NCBI GenBank assembly: GCA_963829055.1
Contig: CAWHHI010000003.1
Coordinates: 352,001 to 416,000 of the forward strand
DNA length: 64,000 nucleotides
Source of the DNA: an uncultured Gemmatimonadaceae bacterium
GTDB taxonomy: Bacteria > Gemmatimonadota > Gemmatimonadetes > Gemmatimonadales > Gemmatimonadaceae
Direction of reading: 5' to 3'
The position numbers and the translations under genes were made by a program. This document shows positions 42,896-52,685 of this stretch, in pieces (within the stretch, counting starts at the first letter, position 1; each line of letters starts with the position of its first letter). The notes under the pieces were generated by a model. It did not search any database, was not told the origin of the DNA, and worked only from the letters and a program-made list of their open reading frames with translations.

Positions 42896-43018
42896 CTGTG
42901 CCTCGCTGAAATGAGAGACGTCGCCATGAAGCACACGCCGTACCGAACAGCCACGCGACTTCCCTCTGTCGGCGACACCGCCGACGCTGCTATTGTCGCA
43001 AGCACCGGTCGCTGACCG

Positions 43019-43510
43019 TTGCCGTCACTGCTCGCCGTCGATGTTGGCGTCCGCACCGGACTCGCGGTGTATCGCGATGACGGCCGCCTCATCTGGTATC
43101 GCTCGCGGAATTTCGGCGCCGCCGCCCGACTCAAGCGCGCCATTCCCGCGCTGCTGCACGAAGCGTTCGACCCTGAATACGTCGTGCTCGAAGGAGGCGG
43201 ACCACTCGCGGACCACTGGGCGACGGCGTCAGAGAAACACGGCTCGCATGTCAGGCGCGTGAGCGCTGAGGAATGGCGCTCCGCCTTCCTGCTCCCGCGC
43301 GATCAGCGCTCCGGCGAGCAGGCCAAGCGCGTCGCCGACGGCCTCGCGCGCCGCGTCGTCGAGTGGTCCGACGCCGCCCGCCCTACCTCGCTCCGCCACG
43401 ATGCGGCGGAGGCGATCCTGATCGGGCTCTGGGGCGTGATCGACGTGGGCTGGCTACCCGGTGTGCCAAGAGCGTTAGGCGGCGCGCCGCTACCCCAGCG
43501 GAAGCCGTAG
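43019..43510 (+). CDS. RNase H-fold (RuvC/YqgF-like) hypothetical protein
   Basis: LLAVDVGVRTGLAVY, VVLEGG, VSAEEWR, HDAAEAILIG acidic pattern. Confidence 0.6.
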   Translation: MPSLLAVDVGVRTGLAVYRDDGRLIWYRSRNFGAAARLKRAIPALLHEAFDPEYVVLEGGGPLADHWATASEKHGSHVRRVSAEEWRSAFLLPRDQRSGEQAKRVADGLARRVVEWSDAARPTSLRHDAAEAILIGLWGVIDVGWLPGVPRALGGAPLPQRKP

Positions 43511-44881
43511 CCGAGCGCGAACGCCCGGGCGATCCTCGCGGTTCTCCAGCGCCAACACACCCCCGTGCGCTTCGGCGATCTGCCGGCTGAGCGCGAGCCC
43601 GATTCCCGTCCCGTTAGGCTTCGTCGTGAAGAACGGCACGAACAGGTTCGCCGTGTCGGAGAGCCCCGGCCCTTCGTCCTCGACCGTCACGACGACCGCG
43701 GCATCGTCGCTGGCCCACGATACCTTCACGCCGCCTCCGGTATCCAACGCGGCATCGACTGCGTTGCGCACGATGTTGATGAGAAGCTGATCGAGCTGAT
43801 CCCGGTCGGCGAGAATCGACGTCGGCGGTCCGGGACACAGCACAACGGGCATTCGCTCCTCGAGCTCCACGGCGCGCCTCACCCACGCGTCGACGTCGAC
43901 GGCGCGGCGGATCGGCTTCGGCAGCTGCGCGAGTCTCGCGTACGCCTGGAGAAATCGGCTCAGCGATCCCGATCGCCCTTCGATCACATCGAGCCCATGC
44001 AGTGCCTCCTGTTCCCAGTCCGCGGATCGTGGCTCGCGCTTGAGTACACGCTGCAAGCTCCGCGCGATGGACTTGATGGGCGCGAGCGAGTTGTTGATCT
44101 CGTGGCTCAATACGCGCACGATGCGCTGCCACGCGAGTCGCTCCTCCTCGCGCAGGACGTGACTCACGTCGGTGAGGACGAGCAGCCGATGCGGCAAGCC
44201 GTCCTGGCGAAACGCGCGCCGCCGCACTTCCCACCGCGTATTCCGCCCATCGTGCGCCATCTCCAGCGTGCGTGGCGCGTCGTCCCGCAGGTAGACGTCG
44301 AGGCCTAACGTTTCCGCGCCGCGCCCGAGCAGCCGCTCGAGCGGCTGACCGAGGAGGCGTTCGCCTTCCCGGTTCACGAGCCGGAGCGTGCCGTCCGCGT
44401 CGAACGCGAAAATGGCCGAGTCGATCTCGCCTATGACCGTCCGCAGCAGCGCCGTCGCTTCCATCGCGCCAAACCGCTGCGCCTGGAGCGTATTGCCGAG
44501 CGCGTTGATCTCGGCCACGGCGACGCCTAACGCATCATTCTCGTCGGCGCCAGCGCCGCGCACGGAGTAGTCGCCTTCGCGCAGCCCGGACAGCAGGTTG
44601 GATAGTGTCTGGAGCGGCCGGATGACCCGCTCCCGCGCGAGCGCGGCCGCACCAAGCCAGGCGACGATGACGAGAACGGTGAGCGTCCATCGTACTTCGA
44701 TGCCATGCTCACCGGTCCACAACCAGATGAGCGAGATGGTGACTGCCGGAAGCCCGCCGCCGAGAACGATCAGGGGAATTCTCGATTCCAGCGCAACGCG
44801 CCCGGACTCCCGCTGGGGTCGCTGAGTCCCCAGTCCCGAATCCCCAGTCCCCAGTGGGTCCGTCCCGGTTTCAGAGTCCAT
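43490..44881 (-). CDS. Sensor histidine kinase (TM-HAMP-PAS-HisKA-HATPase)
   Basis: VLSHEINNSLAPI, INIVRNAVDA, DEGPG, FVPFFTTKPNGTGIGL. Confidence 0.92.
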   Translation of the reverse strand: MDSETGTDPLGTGDSGLGTQRPQRESGRVALESRIPLIVLGGGLPAVTISLIWLWTGEHGIEVRWTLTVLVIVAWLGAAALARERVIRPLQTLSNLLSGLREGDYSVRGAGADENDALGVAVAEINALGNTLQAQRFGAMEATALLRTVIGEIDSAIFAFDADGTLRLVNREGERLLGQPLERLLGRGAETLGLDVYLRDDAPRTLEMAHDGRNTRWEVRRRAFRQDGLPHRLLVLTDVSHVLREEERLAWQRIVRVLSHEINNSLAPIKSIARSLQRVLKREPRSADWEQEALHGLDVIEGRSGSLSRFLQAYARLAQLPKPIRRAVDVDAWVRRAVELEERMPVVLCPGPPTSILADRDQLDQLLINIVRNAVDAALDTGGGVKVSWASDDAAVVVTVEDEGPGLSDTANLFVPFFTTKPNGTGIGLALSRQIAEAHGGVLALENREDRPGVRARLRLPLG

Positions 44882-46250
44882 GCTGCTGGATCCGGCGGTA
44901 CAGCGCACTCCGGCTCATGCCTAACGCTTCGGCCGCCTGGACCACGTTCCCGCCACTCCGCGCGAGCGCCTGTTGAATGAGATACTTCTCGGCGTCATCC
45001 ATCGTCATCGCCGCGATGTCGGACGCGCCTGACGGCGCCGCACCGCGGAGACCGAGGTCGTCGCTCGTGATGAGCCCCCCGCGTGCCATGAGGATCGATC
45101 GCTCGACCGCATGCTGCAGCTCGCGCACGTTTCCCGGCCAGCCGTGCGCCTGCATCGCGGCGGTGGCCCCATCATCGAAGCCGTGAATCGTCTTGCGGTA
45201 ACGCGCGGCGTATTCGCCGAGGAAGTGCGTGGCGAGGCGAGGAATGTCTTCGCGCCGGTCGCGGAGCGGGGGCAGGCGGATCTCGACCGTGTTCAGTCGG
45301 TAGAGCAGATCCTCGCGAAACCGCCCGGCGGCGATCTCGGCGCGGATGTCCGCGTTCGTGGCGGCGAGCACGCGCACGTCGGCGCGCAGTGTGCGGGACG
45401 AGCCGACGCGCTGGAACTCGCCCGTCTGCAGCACGCGCAGCAGCTTCGCCTGAAGCTTCGGCGCCATGTTCGCGATCTCGTCGAGGAAGAGCGTGCCGCC
45501 ATCGGCGAGCTCGAAGCATCCGACGCGGTCGGCCTTCGCGTCCGTGAACGCGCCTTTCACGTGGCCAAAGAGCTCGCTCTCCGCCACACCCTCGGACAGT
45601 CCGCCGGCGTTCACGGTGATGAGCGGCCGCGACGCGCGGTTCGAGGCGGCGTGCAACTGCTGCGCGACGACCTCCTTGCCGGTGCCGTGCTCGCCCGTGA
45701 TGAGGACGTTCGCGTCGGACGCCGCCACCCGGTCGATGAGCTCGAGCACGGACTGCATTGCGCGTGAGCCCGCGATGAGCGCTGGAACGTTAGGCGCGAG
45801 GCGCCGGTTCTCGGTTGCCAGCCGCTCGTTCGCGCGCCGCGCGCGCGACAGCTCGATCTGGGTGCGGAGGATCGCAACGAGGCGCTCGTCATCCCACGGC
45901 TTCTCGATGTAGTCCGCAGCGCCGCGCCGCATGGCTTCGACGGCGCCCTGCACGCTGCCGTACGCCGTCATGACGATGATCGGCAGCGTCGCGTCGAGCG
46001 CGCGCACGCGGGCCAGCACGTCGAGCCCTTCACGTCCCGACGTCGTGTCGCGGGCGTAGTTGAGATCCATGATGACGGCGTCGAGCGTGTTCGATTCGAC
46101 GGCCTTCAGAATCTCGACCGGCCGCGCCGCCTGCACGATGCGGTATCCCTCTTCCTTGAGCATGAGCCGCAGCGCGTCCAGCACGGCAGGCTGGTCATCG
46201 GCGATCAGTACTTCGGGACTGGGGGCTGGGGACTGGGGACTGGGCGGCAT
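44871..46250 (-). CDS. Sigma54-dependent (NtrC-type) response regulator
   Basis: LIADD receiver, [37 protein letters not shown], Fis HTH. Confidence 0.93.
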   Translation of the reverse strand: MPPSPQSPAPSPEVLIADDQPAVLDALRLMLKEEGYRIVQAARPVEILKAVESNTLDAVIMDLNYARDTTSGREGLDVLARVRALDATLPIIVMTAYGSVQGAVEAMRRGAADYIEKPWDDERLVAILRTQIELSRARRANERLATENRRLAPNVPALIAGSRAMQSVLELIDRVAASDANVLITGEHGTGKEVVAQQLHAASNRASRPLITVNAGGLSEGVAESELFGHVKGAFTDAKADRVGCFELADGGTLFLDEIANMAPKLQAKLLRVLQTGEFQRVGSSRTLRADVRVLAATNADIRAEIAAGRFREDLLYRLNTVEIRLPPLRDRREDIPRLATHFLGEYAARYRKTIHGFDDGATAAMQAHGWPGNVRELQHAVERSILMARGGLITSDDLGLRGAAPSGASDIAAMTMDDAEKYLIQQALARSGGNVVQAAEALGMSRSALYRRIQQHGL

Positions 46251-46353
46251 CTCTGCAATGAATTGGACTCAGTGCGCGATGTACGGATGCCGCACGTCTA
46301 TGAAACGTGGGCAGCTTCCTCGTCGTCCAACACGAGTCAGTCGACGAGTGGCC

Positions 46354-46884
46354 ATGGGAATCCGCAGTTACCAGGATCTCGACGTGTGGAAGCTGAGTGT
46401 CGAGCTGGCAGTGCAGGCCGATCTGCTCGCGGACGTCCTCGTTTCCGTGCGCCGTTATGCGATGGCAAACCAGCTACTCCGAGCCTCCCTATCCGTACCG
46501 TCGAATATTGCCGAAGGCAACGGCAGAGTGCACCGGGCAGAGTACGCGCATCACGTTTCGATGGCGCGCGGCTCGCTCTACGAGGTGCAATCGGTGCTGT
46601 ACGTCGCAATGCGCGCGAACCGCTTGACCGAAGCGCAATGCGCGGAGTCGCTGAAGCTGATCAACTCCATAGGGAGAATGCTGACAAGGCTTCTGCGCGC
46701 ACTCTACCGGAAACCGCCTAGCGACTCGCGGCGAGTAGCGACTCGTGTTCCCGGACGCGCAGCGCTGTTCCCAGTCCCCAGTCCCCAATCCCCAGTCCCC
46801 GCTATTCTCCTCTCAGCGCTCCCAGTAGATCGGTTCGCGCGGCGCGGCGGGCCGGGATCCAACTCGCGAGTGCCGCCACGGTGA
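46354..46884 (+). CDS. Four-helix-bundle protein (23S rRNA IVS / bAvd-like family)
   Basis: MGIRSYQDLDVWKLS, QLLRASLSVPSNIAEGNGR, ARGSLYEVQS, IGRMLTRL; conserved part ends near 46720, tail probably read-through. Confidence 0.88.
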   Translation: MGIRSYQDLDVWKLSVELAVQADLLADVLVSVRRYAMANQLLRASLSVPSNIAEGNGRVHRAEYAHHVSMARGSLYEVQSVLYVAMRANRLTEAQCAESLKLINSIGRMLTRLLRALYRKPPSDSRRVATRVPGRAALFPVPSPQSPVPAILLSALPVDRFARRGGPGSNSRVPPR

Positions 46885-49201
46885 TGAGAATGGCCGATAC
46901 GCTGACGAGTGTTGGTACGTGAATCGGGCCGACGCCGAACAGCATACTCCGAATCGCGCGTCCGACCAGAACGGCGCCCACGAGCCCGACGCCAACGCCC
47001 GCGAGCGTCAGCCGCACACCCTGCCCCACCACCAGGCGCCGCACGTCCCGCCCCTGCGCCCCGAGCGCAAGCCGAATTCCGATCTCATGCCGCCGCTCGG
47101 CCACCGAATACGCGATGAGCCCGTAGACGCCCACGGTCGCGAGCACCAACGCCATGAGCGCGAACACCCCGATCATCGACCCGCTCAGGCGCTGCGCGAG
47201 GATCGACTTCGACACCTGCTCCTGCATCGTCGAGATGTCGTACACTGGAATCGTGGCGTCCACACTCCGCACCGCTTCACGCACCGCTCCGGTCATCGCC
47301 GCGGCGTCACCTGCCGAGCGAACGACCATCGTCATGCCGCCGTCAGAGTGCTGGGCGAAGGGAAGGAACAACGTCGGCTGCACCGGCTCGTTGAGCGCGT
47401 CGTGCCGCACGTCGCCGACGACGCCCACGATCGTCGTCTCCTGGTCCGATCCGCCTAACCGGATGACGCGCCCTGTGACGTCACGATCGCCCGGGAAAAA
47501 CGTGCGCGCCCACGACTCCGATACGATGGCGACCTTCGGCGCGTCCGCCTTGTCGCGTGCGTCGAACTCGCGTCCCGCCTTGACCGGGATGCCGAGCGCG
47601 CGGAAGTAGTCCGGCGTCACTCGCTCCCATCGAGACGTGGGTCCCTGGCCGTCCGCGGGCTCGGGGCGCCCGATGAGATGGAAGTTCGACGTGTTCGACG
47701 ATCCGCTCAGCGGCAGTGCGCCGGCCGCGCCCGCAGCCTCGACGCCCGGCGTTGCCCGCAGCCGATTCAGCACGTCGTCGTAGAACCGCACCATCGCCTC
47801 ACGCGACTGGTAACGCGGCCCGGCCAGCGTTAGGCGAGATACCAGCACGCCTCCGGGCGAGAAGCCGGGCGGAACGGCCTCGAGTCGGGCGAGACTCGTC
47901 AGCAGGAGGCCAGCGCCCGAGAGCAATACAACGGCCAACGAGACTTCGGCGACGACGAGTCCCCGCTGCGTCCGGTTCCGCCGCGCCGAACCCGATCCGC
48001 GAACTCCCGTTGCGAGCGACTCGCGCACGCCGCCGCGCGCGAGCCGGAGCGCAGGGACGATCCCGGCGATGACACCGGTCAGCACCGCGAGTACGATCGT
48101 GAACGCGAGCGAACGACCGCTCACCTGGATCGACAGCCACGGCGGAAGCGGAATCGGCACGATGGATCTGAGCAGCCGCACTTCCCAGAGCGACAGCAGA
48201 ACACCCAGCACGGCACCACCCAGCGCCAGCACCACGCTCTCGGTGAGCAGCTGGCGCGTTAGGCGCCAGGTCGACGCGCCGAGCGCCTTGCGCACCGCGA
48301 CCTCGCGCTCCCGTCCCGAGGCGCGGGCGAGCAAGAGATTCGCGACGTTCGCGCAGGCGATGAGCAGCACGAAGCCGACGGCGGCAAGGAACGTGTAGAG
48401 GATCGTGGGTGCCTGCCCCACCAACACCTCCCGGATCGGCCGGGCGTTCGCGCGCCAGCCCGTGTTCGACCCCGGGTACGTCTGCTCGAGCCGCTTCGCT
48501 ACCGCATTGAGCTCGGCTTTCCCCTTCTCCACCGTCGCGCCTAACGCTAGACGTCCCACGGCGCGAACGAACCGGCTGCCGCGCTGCAACGCTTGGGAGT
48601 CCACCGCGAACGGCGACCACGCCTCCGCGTCCGGCGGATAGGCGAATCCCTTGGGCATGACGCCCACCACCGTGTACTGCCAGCCGTTCAGCAGCAGTTG
48701 ACGTCCGACGACGGCAGAATCCGCCGCGAACCGCCGCCGCCAGTACGCATCGCTCAACACTATTACGCGATCCCGCCCCGGGGTCTCTTCTTCAGGCAGG
48801 AACGCTCGACCGAGTTGCGGCCGAACGCCGAACACGCGGAAGTAGTTCGTGGAAACGCGCACGCCGTTCACGCGCTCCGCGCGCTCGTCACCGGCGACGT
48901 TGTACGTCGCGTGACGCACGATCGCGATCTCCTCGAACGCGCGCGCGTCCGCCCGCCATTGCAGAACGTCGGGATACGCGACGCTCGACCCCGTGAGCCC
49001 CTGCGCCTTGTTCTCGCTCTCGATCGACACGATGCGCTCTGGCGCGTCGAACGGCGGCTGCGTGAGCAGCACGGAGTCGATGACGCTGAAGATTGCGGTG
49101 TTCACGCTGATCCCGAGCGCCAGCGTGGCCAGGGCAGTGATCGTGAACGTGCGACTGCGCGCGAGCGCACGCAGAGCGAAGCGAATGTCGTTGATCACCA
49201 T
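46802..49201 (-). CDS. ADOP duplicated ABC permease (no prefix domain)
   Basis: MVINDIRFALRAL, ALGISVNTAIFS, LLIACANVANL, RRHEIGIRLALGA. Confidence 0.92.
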   Translation of the reverse strand: MVINDIRFALRALARSRTFTITALATLALGISVNTAIFSVIDSVLLTQPPFDAPERIVSIESENKAQGLTGSSVAYPDVLQWRADARAFEEIAIVRHATYNVAGDERAERVNGVRVSTNYFRVFGVRPQLGRAFLPEEETPGRDRVIVLSDAYWRRRFAADSAVVGRQLLLNGWQYTVVGVMPKGFAYPPDAEAWSPFAVDSQALQRGSRFVRAVGRLALGATVEKGKAELNAVAKRLEQTYPGSNTGWRANARPIREVLVGQAPTILYTFLAAVGFVLLIACANVANLLLARASGREREVAVRKALGASTWRLTRQLLTESVVLALGGAVLGVLLSLWEVRLLRSIVPIPLPPWLSIQVSGRSLAFTIVLAVLTGVIAGIVPALRLARGGVRESLATGVRGSGSARRNRTQRGLVVAEVSLAVVLLSGAGLLLTSLARLEAVPPGFSPGGVLVSRLTLAGPRYQSREAMVRFYDDVLNRLRATPGVEAAGAAGALPLSGSSNTSNFHLIGRPEPADGQGPTSRWERVTPDYFRALGIPVKAGREFDARDKADAPKVAIVSESWARTFFPGDRDVTGRVIRLGGSDQETTIVGVVGDVRHDALNEPVQPTLFLPFAQHSDGGMTMVVRSAGDAAAMTGAVREAVRSVDATIPVYDISTMQEQVSKSILAQRLSGSMIGVFALMALVLATVGVYGLIAYSVAERRHEIGIRLALGAQGRDVRRLVVGQGVRLTLAGVGVGLVGAVLVGRAIRSMLFGVGPIHVPTLVSVSAILITVAALASWIPARRAARTDLLGALRGE

Positions 49202-49261
49202 AGTCGTGTCAGAGAAGAACTCGCTGCAGCCCGGTTTCCTCGTTCTGGTTCCCGTCGTTTT

Positions 49262-49294
49262 TCCGCCTTCCTCCGTCCTCCTTCCTCCTTCCTC
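49262..49294. repeat. Heptamer tandem repeat (TCCTCCT-like)
   Basis: TCCGCCT TCCTCCG TCCTCCT TCCTCCT TCCTC between the two permease genes. Confidence 0.7.
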
Positions 49295-51713
49295 TATGAG
49301 TCGCGCAACGCGATGACTGGATCGACGGCCGCCGCCCGCCGCGCCGGGAGCCAGCTGCCGAGCAACGCGACAGCCGCGAGAATCACCGCCACCAGGCTGA
49401 ACGTCAGCGGGTCGGTCGGACTCACCTCGTGGAGCAGCGTCGCAAGGCTGCTCGTCATCGCCAGCGACCCCGCCGTGCCTATCGCGATGCCCAGGGTGGC
49501 GAGCACCAGCCCACGACGCAGAATGCGCCTAACGACATCACCCTGCTGCGCGCCAAGCGCCATGCGGATGCCGATCTCGTGCGTCCGCTGACTCACGGTG
49601 TAGGACATCACACCGTAGATCCCGATCACCGCCAGCAGCAGCGCGATACCGGCGAACACGCTCAACATCCCGGCCGTGAGCCGCTGCGGAGACAGCGATG
49701 ACGACAGCATGCGCTCGAGCGTGAGCACGTTGCCCGCGGCGAGCGCAGGGTCGATCGAGCCGATGACCTTCTGCAGGTCGATGGCGCTGGCGGCCGGGTC
49801 GCCTGCCGTTCGCACGACGAGCGTCATCGTGCTCCATGGCACCTGCGTGCACCGGGATGTATACGATCGGCGCCAGCGGCTCACGACCGACGTTCGGATT
49901 GTGCCGGGCGTCGCCGACGACGCCGACGATCGTCGTTAGGCTCATCGAGTCCGCTAGCGTCGAGATCCGCTTGCCGATCGCGTCCTGGCCCGGCCAGTAC
50001 CGCCGCGCGAACGCCTCGCTGACGATGGCGACGTTCGGACTCGTCTTGTCGTCATGGCGGTCGAACTCGCGACCACGCTTCACCGGGATACCGAGCGTCG
50101 CGAAGAACCCATCCGAGACGACCCGCAGACGTTCCCGGTGCGCGGGATCCCCGCGCTGCGGCTTCGGTTCGCCTTCCAGGATGAACCGCGTCGAGTTGTC
50201 CTGCCAGTCTGGTGGCGGGGAGCTCGTCATCGCGGCACGTACGACGCCCGGTCGCTCGCGCACGCGGTCCAGCAGCGTCGTGTAGAACGCGGCCATCTTC
50301 GCATCGGTCTCGTACCGCGCGCCCGGCAAGCGTGAGCTGCAGCGTGAGCGCTTGCTTGACAGTGTATCCCTGGTCGGTCTCGATGAGGCCGACGAAGCTT
50401 CGCACCATGAGACCAGTGCCCACGAGCAGCACGAGCGCCAGCGCGACTTCGGCGACGACGAGCGCGCTCCGCAGCCGCTGGCGTCCGCCGGTCCCCGTCG
50501 ACGTACGTCCACTGTCCTTGAGCGCCTGCTGCGGATCCGCACGTGACGCGATGATCGCCGGGATGAGTCCGACCACAACCGCCGTCGCGACCGAGACGAG
50601 CGCCGTGAACACGAGCGCATCGCCGCTCACCGCGATGCGCGTCCACCCGGGATTGAACCGCACCAGCTCCGCCGGGAGCGCGCCCCGCATGAGACGCACG
50701 CCCCACAACGCGAGCAGCGCGCCGAGTGCGCCACCAATGGAGGCGATGACCATGCTCTCAGCCAGCATCTGGCGTATGAGATCGCCGCGGGTGGCGCCTA
50801 ACGCCACCCGCACCGCGAGCTCGCGGCCGCGCGTCGTCGCGCGAGCGAGCAACAGGTTGGCAACGTTCGCGCATCCGATCAGCAGCACGAACGCGACGGA
50901 TGCGAGCATCACCACCATGTACGGACGCGAGTGCCGTCCGTAGAACACCTGCGCCGGCGGCCACCCGCATGCCCCACTTCGCGTTCTTGTCCGGATACTG
51001 CATCTCCAGCCGCTTCGCGATCGTCGTCGCCTCGGCCCGCGCGTCGCGCGAGCGTCGCGGTTGGGCGCAGCCGCGCGATCGCGCCTACCCAGCGGCCATC
51101 GCGATCAGCAGCGACGCTACCCTCGAGCGCGAGCGGCTTCCACAGCTCCGCACCAGGCGGGAAGATGAAGTCGTCACCCATCACGCCGACGATCGTGTGC
51201 GGCGTTCCGTTCAACTGTACGGTGCGACCGATGACGGCCGGGTCGCTACCGAACCGACGCTTCCACAGCGGATGGCTGAGAATCACGCGATCAGTGTTGC
51301 CTTCCAGCCCTTCGTCGTGCCGTGAACGCCCGCCCGAGTACCGGGGCTTCTCCCAGCGTGCTGAAGAATCCGGGCGATACTCGAAATCCCGTGACGCTCT
51401 CGGGCTCGTCGATGCCAGTCATGTTCACGTCCCACCACGCGAACGCCGCGACCTGCTCGAGCGTGCGCGTCTGGCGCGTCCAGTCCACGAGATTCGCCGG
51501 CGCGATCCGGTCGAAGTCGGGATCATCGGGATTTCGCGGTGAGACCTCGGCCAGCATCACGAGGCCGTCGCTGTTCGGAGTCGGTACGGGCGCGATGACG
51601 ATGGCCCGCATGGCCGTGTAGACGGTGGTGTTCGCGCCAATACCGATCGCGAGGCAGGCAACGGCGGCCAGCGTCCATGTCGGATTTTTTGCGAGCGTTC
51701 GAAGTGCGTACAT
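49294..51713 (-). CDS. ADOP duplicated ABC permease (no prefix domain), multiple frameshifts
   Basis: [56 protein letters not shown]. Confidence 0.88.
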
Positions 51714-51804
51714 CGGCACCGGGGACTGGGGACTCGGGACTGGGAAACGCGTAATTCCGATATCGATCGCGTTCACCAACCGCGTTCGTTCACTCACCCG
51801 TTAG

Positions 51805-51932
51805 GCGAGCCCAGTGCCACCACCGCCCGATTCCATAACGCATGCTCGCCGCGTGACTTAGCCATCCACCCGACACCCTGCGAGGGTTCGAGTCCTCCCG
51901 ACTCCGGGACACGCACCATCCCAATGTCGGGA
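51805..51932 (-). promoter_or_regulatory. Sigma54 -24/-12 promoter with two upstream palindromic activator sites
   Basis: TGGCAC-N5-TCGC (GG-N10-GC) at 51819-51805; TCCCR-N4-CGGGA at 51896-51909 and 51919-51932. Confidence 0.65.
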
Positions 51933-51974
51933 TCGCGCGCCGTTATCCCCAGTCCCCAGTCCCAGTCCGTCCCG

Positions 51975-52667
51975 CTATGGCAGAAACCGATACCCTGTTT
52001 TCCAGACGGTAGTGATGTGCCGCGGCGACGCCGGATTCGGCTCGAGCTTCCGGCGAAGCTCGGCGATGTGCGTATCGATCGTCCGGCTCACCACTGATGC
52101 ATGATAGCCCCACACCGTCTTCAACAGCTCGGCGCGCGAGACCACCTGCCCCGGCCGCTGCACGAGCGCGAGCAACAGTTCGTACTCCTTGGGCGAGAGC
52201 TCCACCGGACGCCCGTTGCGCCTCACTACGCGCGCCACCGGCTGGATCTCGATATCGCCGAACCGTGACGCGTCCGCGGCCTGGCCTTTCACCCCCGTCG
52301 AGGGCGCCGCGCGTCGAAGCACCGCCTCCACCCGCGCCACCAGCTCCAGCACGCCGAACGGCTTCGTCACGTAATCGTCCGCGCCGAGCCGGAACCCCGT
52401 GACCTTGTCCGCCTCCTCGCCGCGCGCGGTGAGAATCAGCACCGGCACCTGCGAGCCGTCCTCCCGGACCGCGCGCAGCACGCGATACCCATCCATTCCC
52501 GGCAACATCAAGTCGAGGATGATCAGGTCGGGCGACACGGTCCGCGCTTCGCGCAGCCCCGACGGGCCGTCGCTCGCCACGACCACCTCGTAGGACGCGA
52601 TCTCGAGACTGTTGCGGAGCCCGAACGCGAGATCGGCGTTGTCTTCGACGATCAGAATCCGTTTCAT
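51975..52667 (-). CDS. OmpR-family response regulator
   Basis: ILIVEDN, DLMLPGMDG, GADDYVTKPF, SRTIDTHIAELRRKLE, GYRF. Confidence 0.95.
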   Translation of the reverse strand: MKRILIVEDNADLAFGLRNSLEIASYEVVVASDGPSGLREARTVSPDLIILDLMLPGMDGYRVLRAVREDGSQVPVLILTARGEEADKVTGFRLGADDYVTKPFGVLELVARVEAVLRRAAPSTGVKGQAADASRFGDIEIQPVARVVRRNGRPVELSPKEYELLLALVQRPGQVVSRAELLKTVWGYHASVVSRTIDTHIAELRRKLEPNPASPRHITTVWKTGYRFLP

Positions 52668-52685
52668 GACAGCATCATCGCAAAG

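Noticed and set aside
46354..46884. Diversity-generating retroelement or rRNA intervening sequence
   Set aside because: No reverse transcriptase, template/variable repeat pair or rRNA in the window
51882..51899. GAGGGTTCGAGTCCTCC resembling a tRNA T-arm
   Set aside because: Stem is imperfect and no D-arm, anticodon arm or acceptor stem can be built
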